Assembly (NCBI RefSeq): GCF_006345805.1
Contig: NC_043005.1
Location: 79,360,001-79,424,000, forward strand
Length of the DNA: 64,000 bases
DNA from: Octopus sinensis
Taxonomy: Eukaryota
Direction of reading: 5' to 3'
The translations under genes were made by a program, and so were the position numbers. The notes beneath the pieces are model-generated. The model was not told the DNA's origin. It ran no database searches and was given only the letters and a program-made list of their open reading frames with translations. Positions 1 through 14,418 of the stretch are shown here, piece after piece; positions within the stretch are counted from its first letter, which is position 1, and each line of letters starts with the position of its first letter.

Positions 1-320
1 GACAAGTTTTCTCAGACAACATTTAATCGATGATCCCAGCCCCATTATCATAAATATTATTTTCAATTTGTTCCTCTTTAAAACATTGTGACGTTACACT
101 TAAAATTAACTTGTCCCTTTCCCCAGAAGAAACACGTTTTGGGTACAGCTTCCTTGTCGATAAGGTTTTTACGGATGTATGAAGAAGTTGGCCCTCAACA
201 AATATAAGTCATTCTGTTCTTTCCTTTTTTCAAAAAGTAATTTTTAATGGTCGCCTCCAAGATTCGACATTTCTATTTAAACTTTTATCATTTGCTGGGG
301 CATAAACTTGAACGATTTTT
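1..320 (-). mobile_element. Possible decayed LINE apurinic-endonuclease fragment
   Basis: Minus-strand translation gives KIVQVYAPANDK, resembling the I(I/V)QVYAP motif of LINE APE domains. The rest is broken by stops and frameshifts. Confidence 0.25.
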
Positions 321-415
321 AGTTGAATGATTCGACCCCAGTAACTAATTGTTTCGTTAAGGTTGGTTCTAATTCTAGAGGTTGCTTTTGCCGTACCACT
401 AAGTTACGGCGATGT

Positions 416-861
416 AAAAGGTGGCTGCTGGAAGACCCGATGTCTGGCAACAGGGATCTGCACCACGCTACGCAAGCAGGAAAACCTAGTCATGGTTGTC
501 AGATAATTTCTGCATCCACATCACCCCTAACATCTGGCCAACTAACTCCCCAGATTGCAACTCCCTTGCTTATAAAGTATGGGACGCAGTTGAGCAAGAG
601 ACCAAGAAAACCATTTATAACATCAAAGATGAAATGAAGGCAAGGATTATAGCAGCATTCACCAATCAAGGAGACCTTCCACAAGTGTTGCAGGAGATTC
701 CGAAGTCGTCTGGAGACCATGGTGAAACCAATGGCGATTGTATTAAATAAAATTACTGTTTAGTATTTCAAGATACTTTTATGTAATTTTACTAAAAATA
801 TGTTAAAATGAGATGTCATATTATATTAATTTAGACGACAATATATTCACCGCACCCTGTA
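416..861 (+). mobile_element. Tc1/mariner transposase C-terminal fragment with right terminus
   Basis: Reads RVAAGRPDVWQQGSAP...SWLSDNF...IWPTNSPDCNSLAYKVWDAVE...KARIIAAF, matching the QQDSAP and WPPNSPD-NPLDY motifs. Ends CACCCTG|TA. Confidence 0.85.
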
Positions 862-1138
862 TGTGTGTGTGTGTGTAAGGGGGTGCGTGTACATGCGTAT
901 AACTACGTTTCCTTCTGTATATCTGTATATTGTTCTATATATATACATGCGTATATATGTGTGTGCATGTGTGTGTGCGTATAGAGTAAGGAACCATTCG
1001 AAAACAAAATATTTTGCACTAAATTTCTGAATTCTCTCAATTGTAGATACAATAAATTGACCAACTCTATATTGTAACTGTAAAATATTTTACTTCATTT
1101 TCAAATATTAAATATTCGTCCTTTGTTTTAATTTACTT

Positions 1139-1262
1139 CTACTTCTTCTTCTTCTTCTTCTTCTTCTCTTCTTCTTCTTCTTCTTCTTCTTCTTCTTCTT
1201 CTTCTTCTTCTTCTTCTTCTTCTTCTTCTTCTTCTTCTTCTTCTTCTCTCTCACTCTCTCTC
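1139..1262. repeat. (CTT)n then (CT)n microsatellite
   Basis: Directly visible; source of the poly-K and poly-E ORFs. Confidence 0.98.
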
Positions 1263-2112
1263 GCTCTCTCTCCCTGTACGCACATAAACACACATATGTA
1301 TGAAGCTATGTGTGTTTGTATTCTATGGAACAAACAGAGTAAAGGAGAAAGAAATTGAGTTGAAAACTTCTAAGTTTTCACCGAAATCACATCTGCATTA
1401 AATGAGTGATTATTCTACATTTATTACACACGCTGTTAGTTAATGGTTCTTTGAAAGCATCAGGAATCATTCTCTGAACTGATATTCAAAGCTTATTTAA
1501 TTAAACAGAAAGAGATGTTCATTAATATCTCATTAAAGAAACGCATTGTAATATTTGATTCTTACTTCATGCCAAGTCAATTTCTCTGGTGTGTTTCACA
1601 ATTTTTTATTTTATACTCTTTTTCGCTTTTGTTGCTAATACATTTGGTGCTGCAGTTCTCGTAGTTGATTTGTTGTTTATATTAGATGTTGCCTCGCCAC
1701 AAGCAGGTCCTGATAGAGTAGTGCAAAGATAAAAGATATTCAGACAAATATTATCATCTTTTTTTTTCCATAACTAGATATATTTTTAAAAGAGCTACCA
1801 AGTACATGCTTCATATTTCTAACATTACATATCTATTTTTTGTTGTTATTATTGTTAATAATATCACTGTTGACGGTGTCGTTTGTTTATATTACCTGTT
1901 GTTATTGTAGATGCTGTAGCCGTTCATGTTGTTAGTTGGATTTGTTCTAACATTACAATGAATGACTTGGGGAGATTTGTGTTCTACGGCCGTATCAGAG
2001 AGTTGTCAGAACCGCTGGACGGTTGGTTATTTGTCATTTAACGCTTCTATCCCGCAACAAATAGTGATAAATTAAAGCAAACAAAATAACTAACACGATC
2101 ATCATAGGATCA

Positions 2113-2279
2113 GGGGCACCTCTGTTGTAAGAAGTTTGATTCCAAATCACATGGTTCCGAGTTCAGTCCTACTGCGTGAAACCTTGATTACGTATCTTCT
2201 AATATAGCCCCGGGACGACCAAAGCATTGTGAGTGGATTTGGTGAACGGAAACTGAAAGAAGCCCGTTGTATGTATATA

Positions 2280-2329
<50 letters not shown>

Positions 2330-2369
2330 CACACACATATATATATACACATATATATACACGCATATA

Positions 2370-2423
<54 letters not shown>

Positions 2424-2759
2424 AATGGTTTTGTTAAGCGGTGTCGAGTTTTAAAATACTGTAAATAATAATAAATAATAATAATGATATTGTTATATAA
2501 GCTTAAAGTTTATAGCGATCACCGTGCAAATGACAAAGGATAATAGTCTAATAATGGGGCATATAAGCCCTCGACAGAAAATAAATCGGTAACGCACTTA
2601 GTTGTGTTAACAAAATGATGTGGGCTCGAGTCCCACGTGTACAGGAAAGCCTAATTTTTTCTGTCAAGGGCGTATATGCCCCATAATTAGCCTATTTAAC
2701 TTTGTCATTTGTAGGATGATCACTATAAGCTTTAAGCTTATATAACAATATCATTATTA

Positions 2760-2827
<68 letters not shown>

Positions 2828-3068
2828 ATATGTATGAGTGTATTTGTACGTGTGTGTGTATTTGTGCGTGTGTGTACACGTGTGTGTGTGTGTGTCCCCC
2901 TTTGTGTCTGTGCTTGTCCACGAACCCCGTTGTTCGTGTGCTTACGCTCGACGTAAAGTAGCCTTTCGGCAATAGATATCGATAGGATGAGTTCGACTAA
3001 AACTTTTGAAGCCGGTGCTCCAGCGTGGTCAAAGTATAATGACTGAAACATGTAACGAGTGAAAGATA
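2113..3068 (+). mobile_element. SINE family A, bipartite: head 2113-2270, microsatellite middle, 3' half 2890-3068
   Basis: Head CACATGGTTCCGAGTTCAGTCC...GGAAACTGAAAGAAGCCCGT and tail ...GGTGCTCCAGC...ATGACTGAAACA match other copies (44422, 54550, 55808, 62340, 63468). Confidence 0.8.
2472..2766. mobile_element. Foldback element 1 (~115-bp imperfect inverted arms) inside the SINE-A microsatellite
   Basis: Left arm 2472-2588 (TAATGATATTGTTATATAAGCTTAAAG...GGGGCATATAAGCCC) is the reverse complement of right arm 2651-2766. Confidence 0.9.
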
Positions 3069-3365
3069 TTGACCATCATCCTCATCACCATCATCATCAT
3101 CATCATCATCATTATCACTAGCAGCAGTAGTAGTAGTAGCAGCGGCAGCAGCAGCAACATTAACGGTCACATCTGCACCGTTTTAAAATATAATCTGATT
3201 ACTGCCATGTTTCTACCGCATGACATTTATTAAATGTATATCAATGCCGATTATGACCAACGGAAAAGGGATACATTTCTATGTATATCCATGTTTGTGT
3301 ATGTATCCCCATTTTTGCTATATAAACATATATGTGTGTGTAAGTGGGAAAATGCGTGTGCATTT

Positions 3366-3555
3366 GTGGGTCTGTGTTTGTGCTCACCATCACTTGACAA
3401 CTGATGCTGGTGTGTTTACGTCCCTGTAACTTAGCGGTGGAATAAGTACTAAGCTTACAAAGAATAAGCCCTGGGGTCGATTTGTTCGACTAGAGGCGGT
3501 GTTCCAGCATGGCCGCAGTCAAATGACTGAAACAAGTAAAAGAATAAAAGAAAAA
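3366..3555 (+). mobile_element. SINE family A 3' half
   Basis: CTTGACAACTGATGCTGGTGTGTTTACGTCCC...ATGACTGAAACAAGTAAAAG. Confidence 0.9.
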
Positions 3556-4004
3556 AATCTATCAGTATCAATACACTATAACATAGTAAAATTATACATA
3601 TCTATTGTCCGACTTACAATAAGTGTAGTATAAGTGTAGAATGTTATTTATAGATCCATATAGTAGGTAATAAGTGAGTAGGGGCCGACGGTCATTTCTG
3701 GGCGAAGAGTGGTCCAAAGATGTAACAGATTGTAAGGGCCATTAATTCATACTACTGCCCATTCTTCATGGAAATTTCCAACCGATAAGTTTGCATTTGT
3801 TATGGTGGAATTCAAAGTAGAAAGACTTTATAGGGAGCTAAACTTATTAGTGAGGTGTGTGTGAGGTTTTGAGAGTCGTAGGATGGGAGAATATACTACT
3901 ATTAAGATGAAGCTATAAATAATATTTGAGGTAGAGGATTAGAGGAGAATATATAATCTAAACTATTAGAATTAAGATTAATATGATAACAAGTTATTGT
4001 GAAG

Positions 4005-4408
4005 TTATGAAGAGTTAGACGAATGTCTAAGGGTCGAATAATAAGACACAGGAGAAAATAACATCTGCAAATTATTTGAACATTGAAGAATTATACGCAG
4101 AATAGTTAATGATTCCTTCATACAGAGTTTACATTTATGTATATATGAATTGTGAGGTGAGGCGCTTCTGTAACTATTGACCAGGTTAGTTTGCACTGCA
4201 TATATTGTGCTTTTAGATTATGGATATATATAGTTAGTGACGTAGAATATTTGGTTTCTAGGTTAATAAAATAATTAATATGTGCACAATATCTACGCTT
4301 AAAATATACTGTACTCCCAATATATATCCTTGCCTGGTGGTTGTGGGGTGTAATCACAGTGCATTTATGTATCACATTTTTGCTTAGAAAACGCCCTCGA
4401 GAGGGCAT
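4005..4408 (-). mobile_element. Penelope-like element GIY-YIG endonuclease relic
   Basis: Joining frames gives CPLEG/RFLSKNVIHKCTVIT...ARIYIGST-YFKRRY-AH...STSLTIYIHNLK...LTWSIV/SPHNSYIHKCKLCMKESLTIL. This has the CPLxG, VIYK, YIG, RY-H and CxLC pattern of PLE GIY-YIG domains. Confidence 0.75.
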
Positions 4409-4938
4409 GAAATGGATGCGCTACAGCGACAGGATTTTTCGTTTGCTTCACAAGAAAAATCCGTGCGAGTCAAGTCGAGAGAGCGTGAAGGCCATTCAAA
4501 GTAGACCACATACATGGTTGCAGTAAGATGGGGCAACTGCGCATACCAGAAGAGAAACAATGCAGTTGCTACGGCAGTGCTTTGGGGAGAGAATACCCTC
4601 CCGCTACGGCAATGTCAACTGGCCTTCTGGTTCCCCAGTCTTCACTAACAAGCCGGAGACACTGGTACAACTAAAAGAGAATATCGATAGAGAAATCAGA
4701 GAAGTGAGGTTTGAAACCCTTGAGGGTGTTATGGTGCAAGTTTTGGTAAGATTACAGGCGCGTGAAGCCGAAATTGGCTGCCATTTAAGCGATGTAATTT
4801 TTCATATGTGATGTAGTGGTATTGCAAAATTTGTCTTCTTCATATTAATACCTATAATGTCTTTTATATTGTATCAACATTTCATGCATTTATCTGTAAA
4901 GTCAAAGAAACCCATTAGCACTTTTGGGACACCTTGTA
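4409..4938 (+). mobile_element. Tc1/mariner transposase fragment with right terminus
   Basis: WLQ*DGATAHTRRETMQLLRQCFGERI-SRYGNVNWPSGSP...NKPETLVQLKENI...GCHLSDVIF. Ends GGGACACCTTG|TA. Confidence 0.88.
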
Positions 4939-5024
4939 TATGCGTGTGGTGTGGTGTAGTTGTCCGTATCTGAGTGTGTGTGTACAAATATATAAATGGA
5001 TAGAGATAGGTGGATAGATATACG

Positions 5025-5925
5025 TGACCGGCAAATGTCATCAGCGGAGTCCCGCAGGGTAATGTGCTGGGTCCACTTCATTTTATTGTCGATATCAATG
5101 GGATTGCAGATTCCATTGGACATAGCACCATATAAATATGTGCACATGATTCTAAGCTTCAGAAAGTCATTGAGGGAGCGTATGATCGAACAATGCTTCA
5201 ATCGGAAATATGCGCGGTGACACAGTGGATACAAGAAAATAATATGCAGTTCAACGAAGAAAACTTTGAGCTCATCCACTTTGGAAAAGAAGGTACACTC
5301 AAACAACTACATACACTGCCGTCGGGACACCTACTTGAACCGTCGGATAACATCAGAGACTTAGGTGTAACTGTTGACAACAACCTCAGTTAGAGTATGC
5401 ACATCAACAAAAAAGTCGATGTTGCCCGCAGAATATGCTTATCGATCTTCGGTACTTTCCAATCTAGGGATCATCGAACCATCATCTACCTCTTCTCCAC
5501 ATTCGCTTGGTCCCACCTCGAATACTGCTGCCCATTATGGTTCTCCTACAAAAAACAAGACATAATGAGGATCGAAGCCCCACAAAGATCAATCATACAC
5601 ACAAAAGAAATGGCATGATAAGACATGATTATTGGGCTCGGCTTAAACAGCTGAAGCTCTATTCTCTGCAACGCCACCGTGAGCGATACATTGTTTGCAC
5701 CATGTGGAAAATATTCCACCAATATTATCCAAATGATATTGGTATTAGATTAAAAATTCACCCACGATAGGGGCTCCGTGTTATGCGTCCTCTACAAAGG
5801 TTGAGATTACATCACATAAGAACATTGCGACACAGTTTCTTCACTGCAGATGGTCCTGCACTTTTCAATGTTATCCCGAAAGAAATTAAAGCAGAAAAAG
5901 ACCCCACAACTTTCAAACAGTAAAA
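5025..5925 (+). mobile_element. CR1/L2-type LINE reverse transcriptase C-terminal half, degenerate
   Basis: VISGVPQGNVLGPLHF...WIQENNMQFNEENFELIHFG...RDLGVTVDNNLS...HLEYCCPLW...LKQLKLYSLQRHRERY, with stops and frameshifts. Confidence 0.93.
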
Positions 5926-6333
5926 TGAAGGAAATTTCCCTTAGTTTATTTATATACAGGTATAAAATCTCTTCCAAAATTTCCATGAAATTTAATCAAA
6001 TGAAATACAAGATAGAATAAAAGAAGTAGAATATCTATTTTTATTGCATTTAAGAATTTTTCGTATAGCGCATAAGAATTCTTGCTCTTCTCCAGCCGTA
6101 TCCCGGTAGGTGAAACAGCTACATTAGAACATCATACTTAGATACACCATTGATATTGGTTGCAGGGAAAGGAAATTCAGCCGGAGAAATTCCACTGCCG
6201 CCTTTGGTTGCGAACCGATCCGATGGTTACTTTTGCGGTTTTCCTAAATGTTGTCATTAACACTTTCCTCTCACCCAAATCCTATAAAAACTCCCGGTTG
6301 CGTTCAGTATCTATTTAACTCTGTATTTATTTA

Positions 6334-6595
6334 AGGCGCATGGCCTAGTGGTTAGGCTGTTGTACATACGATCGCTAGATAGAGGGTTCGAATCCTGACT
6401 GAGGGATGTGTTGTTTTCTTGAGCAAAGAACTTAATTTTACGTTGCTCTATTCCCCCCTCGATCAAGGGGGAGTGTTACTCTGCTCACCTAACCCGAGGG
6501 GTGGCGTTATTTGATAGCTAAATCAATGCAAAGCGCATTGTGACCAACAACGTGTAACAGCATCTGAGAGTCTGGTCGGTCACGTGATCACGTCT
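6334..6595 (+). mobile_element. tRNA-derived SINE (family D head, distinct tail)
   Basis: A box TGGCCTAGTGG, B box GGTTCGAATCC, then GTGTTGTTTTCTTGAGCAAAG as in 14230, 42665 and 47521. Confidence 0.7.
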
Positions 6596-6950
6596 TTTAT
6601 TTAAATTGATTAATGATAGCTAATTGAAATTCCCGGACAGTACACCCTGCTTGTCTTAATCCGAAGTAACCTTGGTATAATCATGACACTTGTCAATTTA
6701 TTTTTTAGTGAGTTTTGTTATTGATATTTGAATGATAGTTGAAGTTTCAGGACCGTATACCCTTTCCTACCTTATTTAGAAGTGATCCATACAATACTAA
6801 TTACAACTGTAATTGTATAGAATAAATATTTGGTATCTACGTTACAGAGTTATTGAGAACCTTGATGGTGCCTAACGAAGAAAAATAAAATAGCCCGTTG
6901 AGTCAAACATAACCTTCTGAAAGACAAAGATATTAGGGACGATTAACGGT

Positions 6951-7001
<51 letters not shown>

Positions 7002-7285
7002 TAAACCTTCAAAGGTTTAGACCTAGGATTGAAACTAGATTTTCTGGGATTTCTTTATTCATTGATCTCCACATTAATTGATTTCTCTTAGAATTAATTA
7101 ATTATAATTATAAAAAAAGAATTCATTTCAAAATGCAGTCTCCTGGGAATAGAGAGTAATAGGAAGTGGTAAATATAAACAAACAGAAATGATACCAAAT
7201 AAATCTACAATATAAAGCAAACAGTAACAGAATCAACATCACCTGCTTTACCACCCAAGTACTTGTTATTTGTGTTTCTTCATAG

Positions 7286-7379
7286 GTTAACATCGCGTGT
7301 CGCGAAGCTCTGCAGCCTGGTTATAGTTTTATGTTATGAATTCTTGGAGATTTTCAATTTCTCTAAGCGCGTGATCACT
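7286..7379 (+). CDS. Candidate internal exon (phase 2 to 0), LTSRVAKLCSLVIVLCYEFLEIFNFSKRVIT
   Basis: Acceptor TTTGTGTTTCTTCATAG, donor ACT|GTATGT, and one frame open across the whole exon. No homology recognised. Confidence 0.3.
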
Positions 7380-7439
7380 GTATGTCTGAAGTAGATGTTT
7401 TTCTTACGGTTTCATAAACGCGATGTACGCGTATATGCA

Positions 7440-7506
7440 TCAATGTATGTGCATAGGCACACACAGACACACAGACACCCACCCACCCACATGTATGTAT
7501 GTATAA

Positions 7507-7572
<66 letters not shown>

Positions 7573-7577
7573 GCGTA

Positions 7578-7632
<55 letters not shown>

Positions 7633-7638
7633 ATATAC

Positions 7639-7691
<53 letters not shown>

Positions 7692-7720
7692 CACATGCAT
7701 ATATATATATGCACATACAC
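7440..7720. repeat. Compound (TA)n/(TG)n/(CA)n microsatellite
   Basis: Directly visible. Confidence 0.97.
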
Positions 7721-8879
7721 GCACACAAGAAAAACAGCTATTGTTTATGACATGTTGGCTAATTAATAATTCCTCTTTAAATAATTTTCTGATTTTATTT
7801 TCAATCTATATTAAAATATTTTCTGCTTTTCGTAGTTGTATTTTCATCTCCATTTTACAGTTCTCGCTTTGAACATACTTCAAGACTACCAGAATACAGT
7901 GCTAGTAGGTATTTCAGACATATATAAAAAAAAAACATACCACCAGATGTGGTATGCACATCGGATATACATTGTTTTTATTTACATCTATTTCTGGTCC
8001 CTGACTTCTTATATTATCAGAACGTCAATAGAAAGATGCGATATAATGACACTGAAATACCAACGTTCACCTGTGTAGTTATTCGGAACTCATATCGGTA
8101 TTTTTAGAGCCATAAAAGAAAATTAATATGGACTTTAAAATGATTTGCGAAAAGAAAATTTACAATATAGAGTCTAGGTTTTAATACGGAAGAAATGTGT
8201 AAAAGATTATACGATAGGTAATATATAGTTCTTGCAAATAATAAAGTTTTTGCTATGGAGGCAATTAATTTTATGCTAATAGATTTCAATAAAGATTTTA
8301 TGGATTTTTTTTTACATTGGACTGATGTAACACACGTTCAGGGGAGTTTAGTCGATTCACTTGAGACCATAGACACAAAAAGTGATTCGCAATGATATTC
8401 TTATGGAAAATAGAAAAATGAAATGTAATCTTGTTCTTATTCGTGAATTTTCTTTAAACAACACTCAGTAAAACAATTTTAATAACATTCATAAAATTAA
8501 TTATTAGGTCACTTTGCCCACAAAGCTGTACAAATACAAATGCATACAAAATATTTTCGTATATAAGTGAGTGTATAGGGCCAACATACTTATCTTTAAT
8601 CTCTAACTTGTTTCATTCAGCTGTCGCAATGCCTTTACAATCAAATATTTTTGCTTGTTTCACTTTGTGTATTATATACCTTCCACTGTAACGATAGAAA
8701 TATAAGGCAAATAGCAATAATAAAGAAAGTGCAAGATGAAGATAAATACGTCAATGGAAGAAACAGAGAGAATCTAACGTTTTGGGTAGTGCCTTTTATC
8801 AAAGAGAACAAAAATTGTTGCGAGAAGCAACTCAACGAAATCTTTCAATAGATATCCGAAATCTGGTATCGTATGTTCT

Positions 8880-9072
8880 CTTCTGTCTCGCCACTGCCGT
8901 TACGTTATGAGTTCAAACACCGCCGAGGTCGACTTTGCCTTTCATCCTTTCGAGGTCGATAAATGAAGTGCCAGTTGCGTACTGGGGTCGATCTAATCGA
9001 CTTAATCCGTTTGTCTGTCCTTGTTTGTCCCCTCTGTGTTTAGCCCCTTGTGGGTAGTAAAAGAAATAGGTC
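8880..9072 (+). mobile_element. SINE family B (5'-truncated, tail type 1)
   Basis: GAGTTCAAA...GAGGTCGACTTTGCCTTTCATCCTTTCGAGGTCGATAAA...TAGCCCCTTGTGGGTAGTAAAAGAAATA. Confidence 0.92.
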
Positions 9073-9238
9073 TTGCATCCCTGACATTGTGAGAAGGGAA
9101 GGGAGAGGAGAGAAAACTAACTCAGAGTTTGTAATTTTTACTTTATCAACCAGGTTTAAAAAAGATTTTGAACTCGGCAAAATTTAATTCACAACAAAAC
9201 CACTGGAATAAATCTTTCAGGGGAAGTCTCCAACCTTC

Positions 9239-9450
9239 ATGCGATGCTCTCATTAGACTAGCCAGACCAGAGTTATAAATTTGGAGAGTAAGTATAGCAT
9301 GTAGATCTCTACTGAAAGAGGGTATGTTTCTTCATGCCTTCATGCCTCATACGATGGTCTCATTAGACTAGCCAGATCAGAATTATAAATTTGGAGGGTA
9401 AACATATTATGTAGATCTCCAGTTCTAGACGGTACACTTCTTGGTACCTT
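9239..9450. repeat. Two-copy tandem duplication, ~110-bp unit
   Basis: CTCATTAGACTAGCCAGAYCAGARTTATAAATTTGGAG occurs at ~9250 and ~9359, followed by ATGTAGATCTC in both copies. Confidence 0.9.
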
Positions 9451-10089
9451 AAGGTATATAACACCTTCGCTCTAGCTCGATACTAACATTGTATCTAGTA
9501 ACAATAATTCACATATTGCCAGTAGGGTCTGATAGGAATAACGCGAAATAAAGAGCTTAACGCATGAGCAGAAGGTTCTTCCAAAATAGGGTATCAAACC
9601 CACAGCCTTATATTCAACTCTCACGTTGTCTAAAAACTAAGCCTTCTCAACCAGAGATTAAATAGTGCAAAATAAAATGAGCAAAGACCTTAATCATTGA
9701 GGAAACTTTCACTCAAAGAAGGAAGGCTAATTTGGGAAATACTTCTTGTCGAGCCTCATCAGGTGTTCTTTTTCCTTTCTTTCTCCTAATCACAATATAA
9801 TTCCTTGCTCCTGTACATAAAGAATATATAATCCTCTTTATAGTTTCATAATTTATAGTGCTGGTATATTAAATTTATATTACGTCTTGCTTTGTTTACA
9901 ATGTAAGAAAACTTGCAAGAGCTATGCCATGCATATGGGACCACATACGTTTATAAGAATTGTGCAAGCACAGGAGCATACTTGAGCATAGGAGAACTGA
10001 TGAAGGTAATTATCAACAAGTCTGCTTCATAATTATGAATATGTTTATGAAAACATTACACATGCAAACCTACACATCTGCACATATCG

Positions 10090-11790
<1,701 letters not shown>

Positions 11791-11988
11791 GAGGGAGACA
11801 GAGAGTGGGAGCATATATATGAATATACTTTTGCCTGCATGTGTGCGAATATATATGTATATATGTGCATATATACCCACACCTTTATAAACACTTCTAT
11901 ACTTTTACTCTGCACGCACATATAAAGATACGCATAATTATATTCAGATTATTCTTGTGTGCATATGCGAGTGTTTATATACATACAT

Positions 11989-12027
<39 letters not shown>

Positions 12028-13476
12028 CATACATATGTGTACGAATGTGTTGTTGTTGTTATGTGTGAGTAGGTGGGGAGTGGCATGATGAGGAGGTTAA
12101 TGCAAAATCTGTGCGTATTAGTCGCAGAGTATGGAAGATCTGAACAACTGTAATAGGATGAATTTACTTTTGGAAAGTGGAAAAATCAAACTGCCGACTG
12201 TGAAAGAGAAAAAGTAATTCTTTGAATGAGAATTAATAATTCTTTAAATTTGAAAATACAAGGGAGCGCCTTTTATAGAAAATTCATGCATGTAATGTTT
12301 GTATAAATATATATGGGTTGGTATGTTCTGAGAAATGGCTTGAAATGCAGGTGAAACCTTAGGAGTGGGCTTATTGTAATGGTCTTTCTACAATTAGCAG
12401 GATTCATGCGAAGGAACGTATAAAGTGGTGGAGGGGTAAGATAATTGTTATAGTGAGGGTTAAACTATGGGTATAATACAACGCTGAAGAACGTAATTTA
12501 ACTAGATGCATGTTAAGTACCGACAATCGTAACCACATTATTTAACTAAACCTCCGAAAAGAAATAATATTTGTATTTCCGTGTTGAATGAGCACGTTTA
12601 CATAAACCGAACGAAAAATAATATATATGAACATCTATGTTATATACATACATACATGTATGTATGCATGAATGTAAGTATGTATGTATGTATGAGACAC
12701 GTGCCGTTAGTAATTACTCAGGGCAAGCAGTTAGTGACGTTTATGTAATCAAACACGCAACAAAATAAGCGAAACATAGCGCGACTGAGTTGAAGGCAGA
12801 ATTACATCTGCCTTTATAGTGCGTAAACAAAACGTTGTTGTAAGAATGTACGCAGCATGTGTACTACACCAGTACTATGCGTAGTTTTAATACTGAGATA
12901 GAAAAGCAGGGGCGAATTATGCCTACCTAATCTACTTAATCTACAAAAATATAAAATATTTTGGATTTTATGCATAGTAATCAGAACAGTGTTCATAATT
13001 TTACAAAACTAGGTGCATATTTTGCCATAAAAGGAAAATGTTACTATCGAACTATTTCATTAAGGGTAGGCACGTTCCTGGTGTGTATGTATGTGTGGAT
13101 GTATTTATGCATGCATGCATGTGTGTATGTATGTATGTATGTATGTATGTATGTATGTATGTATGTATGTATGGATGGATGGATGGATGGATGGATGGAT
13201 GGATGGATGGATGAATGGATGGATATATGTATGAGAGTTGAAGTATTGGTGTAACTATGATGTCCTGTTGATCTGAAGAGCTATCCTTCTATATGTGCAT
13301 TGATTCGTAAATGTACAATTTTTCTGTGCAACGTATAGTATGCATGTTGATGGAGACACGTAAAATAATTCGTTATACACTGAAATGATTCCAGAAATAA
13401 TTAAATAGTCCTAGCTGAAAAGGGTTGACACACTTGGTGAATAAAATACCTTGCAATGCTTAGTTATATTCCATCA

Positions 13477-13840
13477 GTGGAGGCGCAATGGCCAAGTGGT
13501 TAGGGCAGCAAACTCGCGGTCGTAGGATCGCGGTTTCGATTCCCAGACCGGGCGTTGTGATTGTTTTAGTGAAAACACCTACATATCTAGGAGGCTCCGG
13601 AAGGGGGTTGTGGTGAACCCTGCTGTACTCATTCACCAAAACCTCTCACTCTTTCTTCCACTTTCTGTAGTATCTGTATTTCAAAGGGCCAACCTTGTCA
13701 CACTCTGTGTCACGCTGAAGTACGTTAAGGGTACACGTGTCTGTGGAGTGCTCAGCCTCTTCAAAGTTAATTTCACGAGCAGGCTGTTCCGTTGATCGGA
13801 TCAACTGGAATCCACGTCGTCGTAACCGACAGAGTGCCAC
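13477..13840 (+). mobile_element. SINE family C, full length, with degenerate TSD
   Basis: GTGGAGGCGCAATGGCCAAGTGG (A box), GTTTCGATTCC (B box), ends GTAACCGACAGAGTGCCAC. Flanks TTATATTCCATCA / TTATAATCCGTCA. Confidence 0.93.
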
Positions 13841-14229
13841 TTATAATCCGTCACGTTCACAATCCGAATCCTACCAAATTTCACATAAATTCTTATTATT
13901 ATTCTGGTGTCGATAAAACGAAATGCGATCAAATGCTGACATCGATATGATTGAAAGTTTTCCTTTAAATCTCTGACATATTATACGTATTTGAATAATA
14001 ATATCGTTAGAACTTTGGACAAAATCATTTGTAGTTCTTGTTCCGGCTCTTTACGTTCTAAGTTCAAATCTTCGAAATGTTACCTTCGTATTTCATCGTT
14101 CTGTGTATCAGGGTCAATAACAGACTGTATTATCCAAGCAATGATTGATTCTCCTGTTGAATACAACGTATGAGTGTTCAGCTTTGCCGAACGAGCGTCA
14201 CAAATGGTTTGTACATAGTGAACAAATGC

Positions 14230-14418
14230 CCATGCTGCACATTAGCTCACTCTGGGAACAGATGCACGTATATCACACGTCAGGTGCCGAAGGAATCGCA
14301 GAGCCGTGTGAGATGAAGTATTTTGCTCAAGGAACACAACACAGAACCCGGTTTAGAAACTGAAACCATGATCTCGCGATCCTCAGTGCAACACCCTAAC
14401 CACCAGGCTATGCGTCCC
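14230..14418 (-). mobile_element. SINE family D
   Basis: Reverse complement reads GGACGCATAGCCTGGTGGTTAGGGTGTTGCACT...TGTTCCTTGAGCAAAATACTTCATCTCAC. Confidence 0.8.

Noticed and set aside
13477-13560. tRNA genes at SINE heads (also 19058, 52026, 6334)
   Set aside because: A and B boxes are present but there is no complete cloverleaf or acceptor stem, and each continues into a SINE body, several with TSDs.
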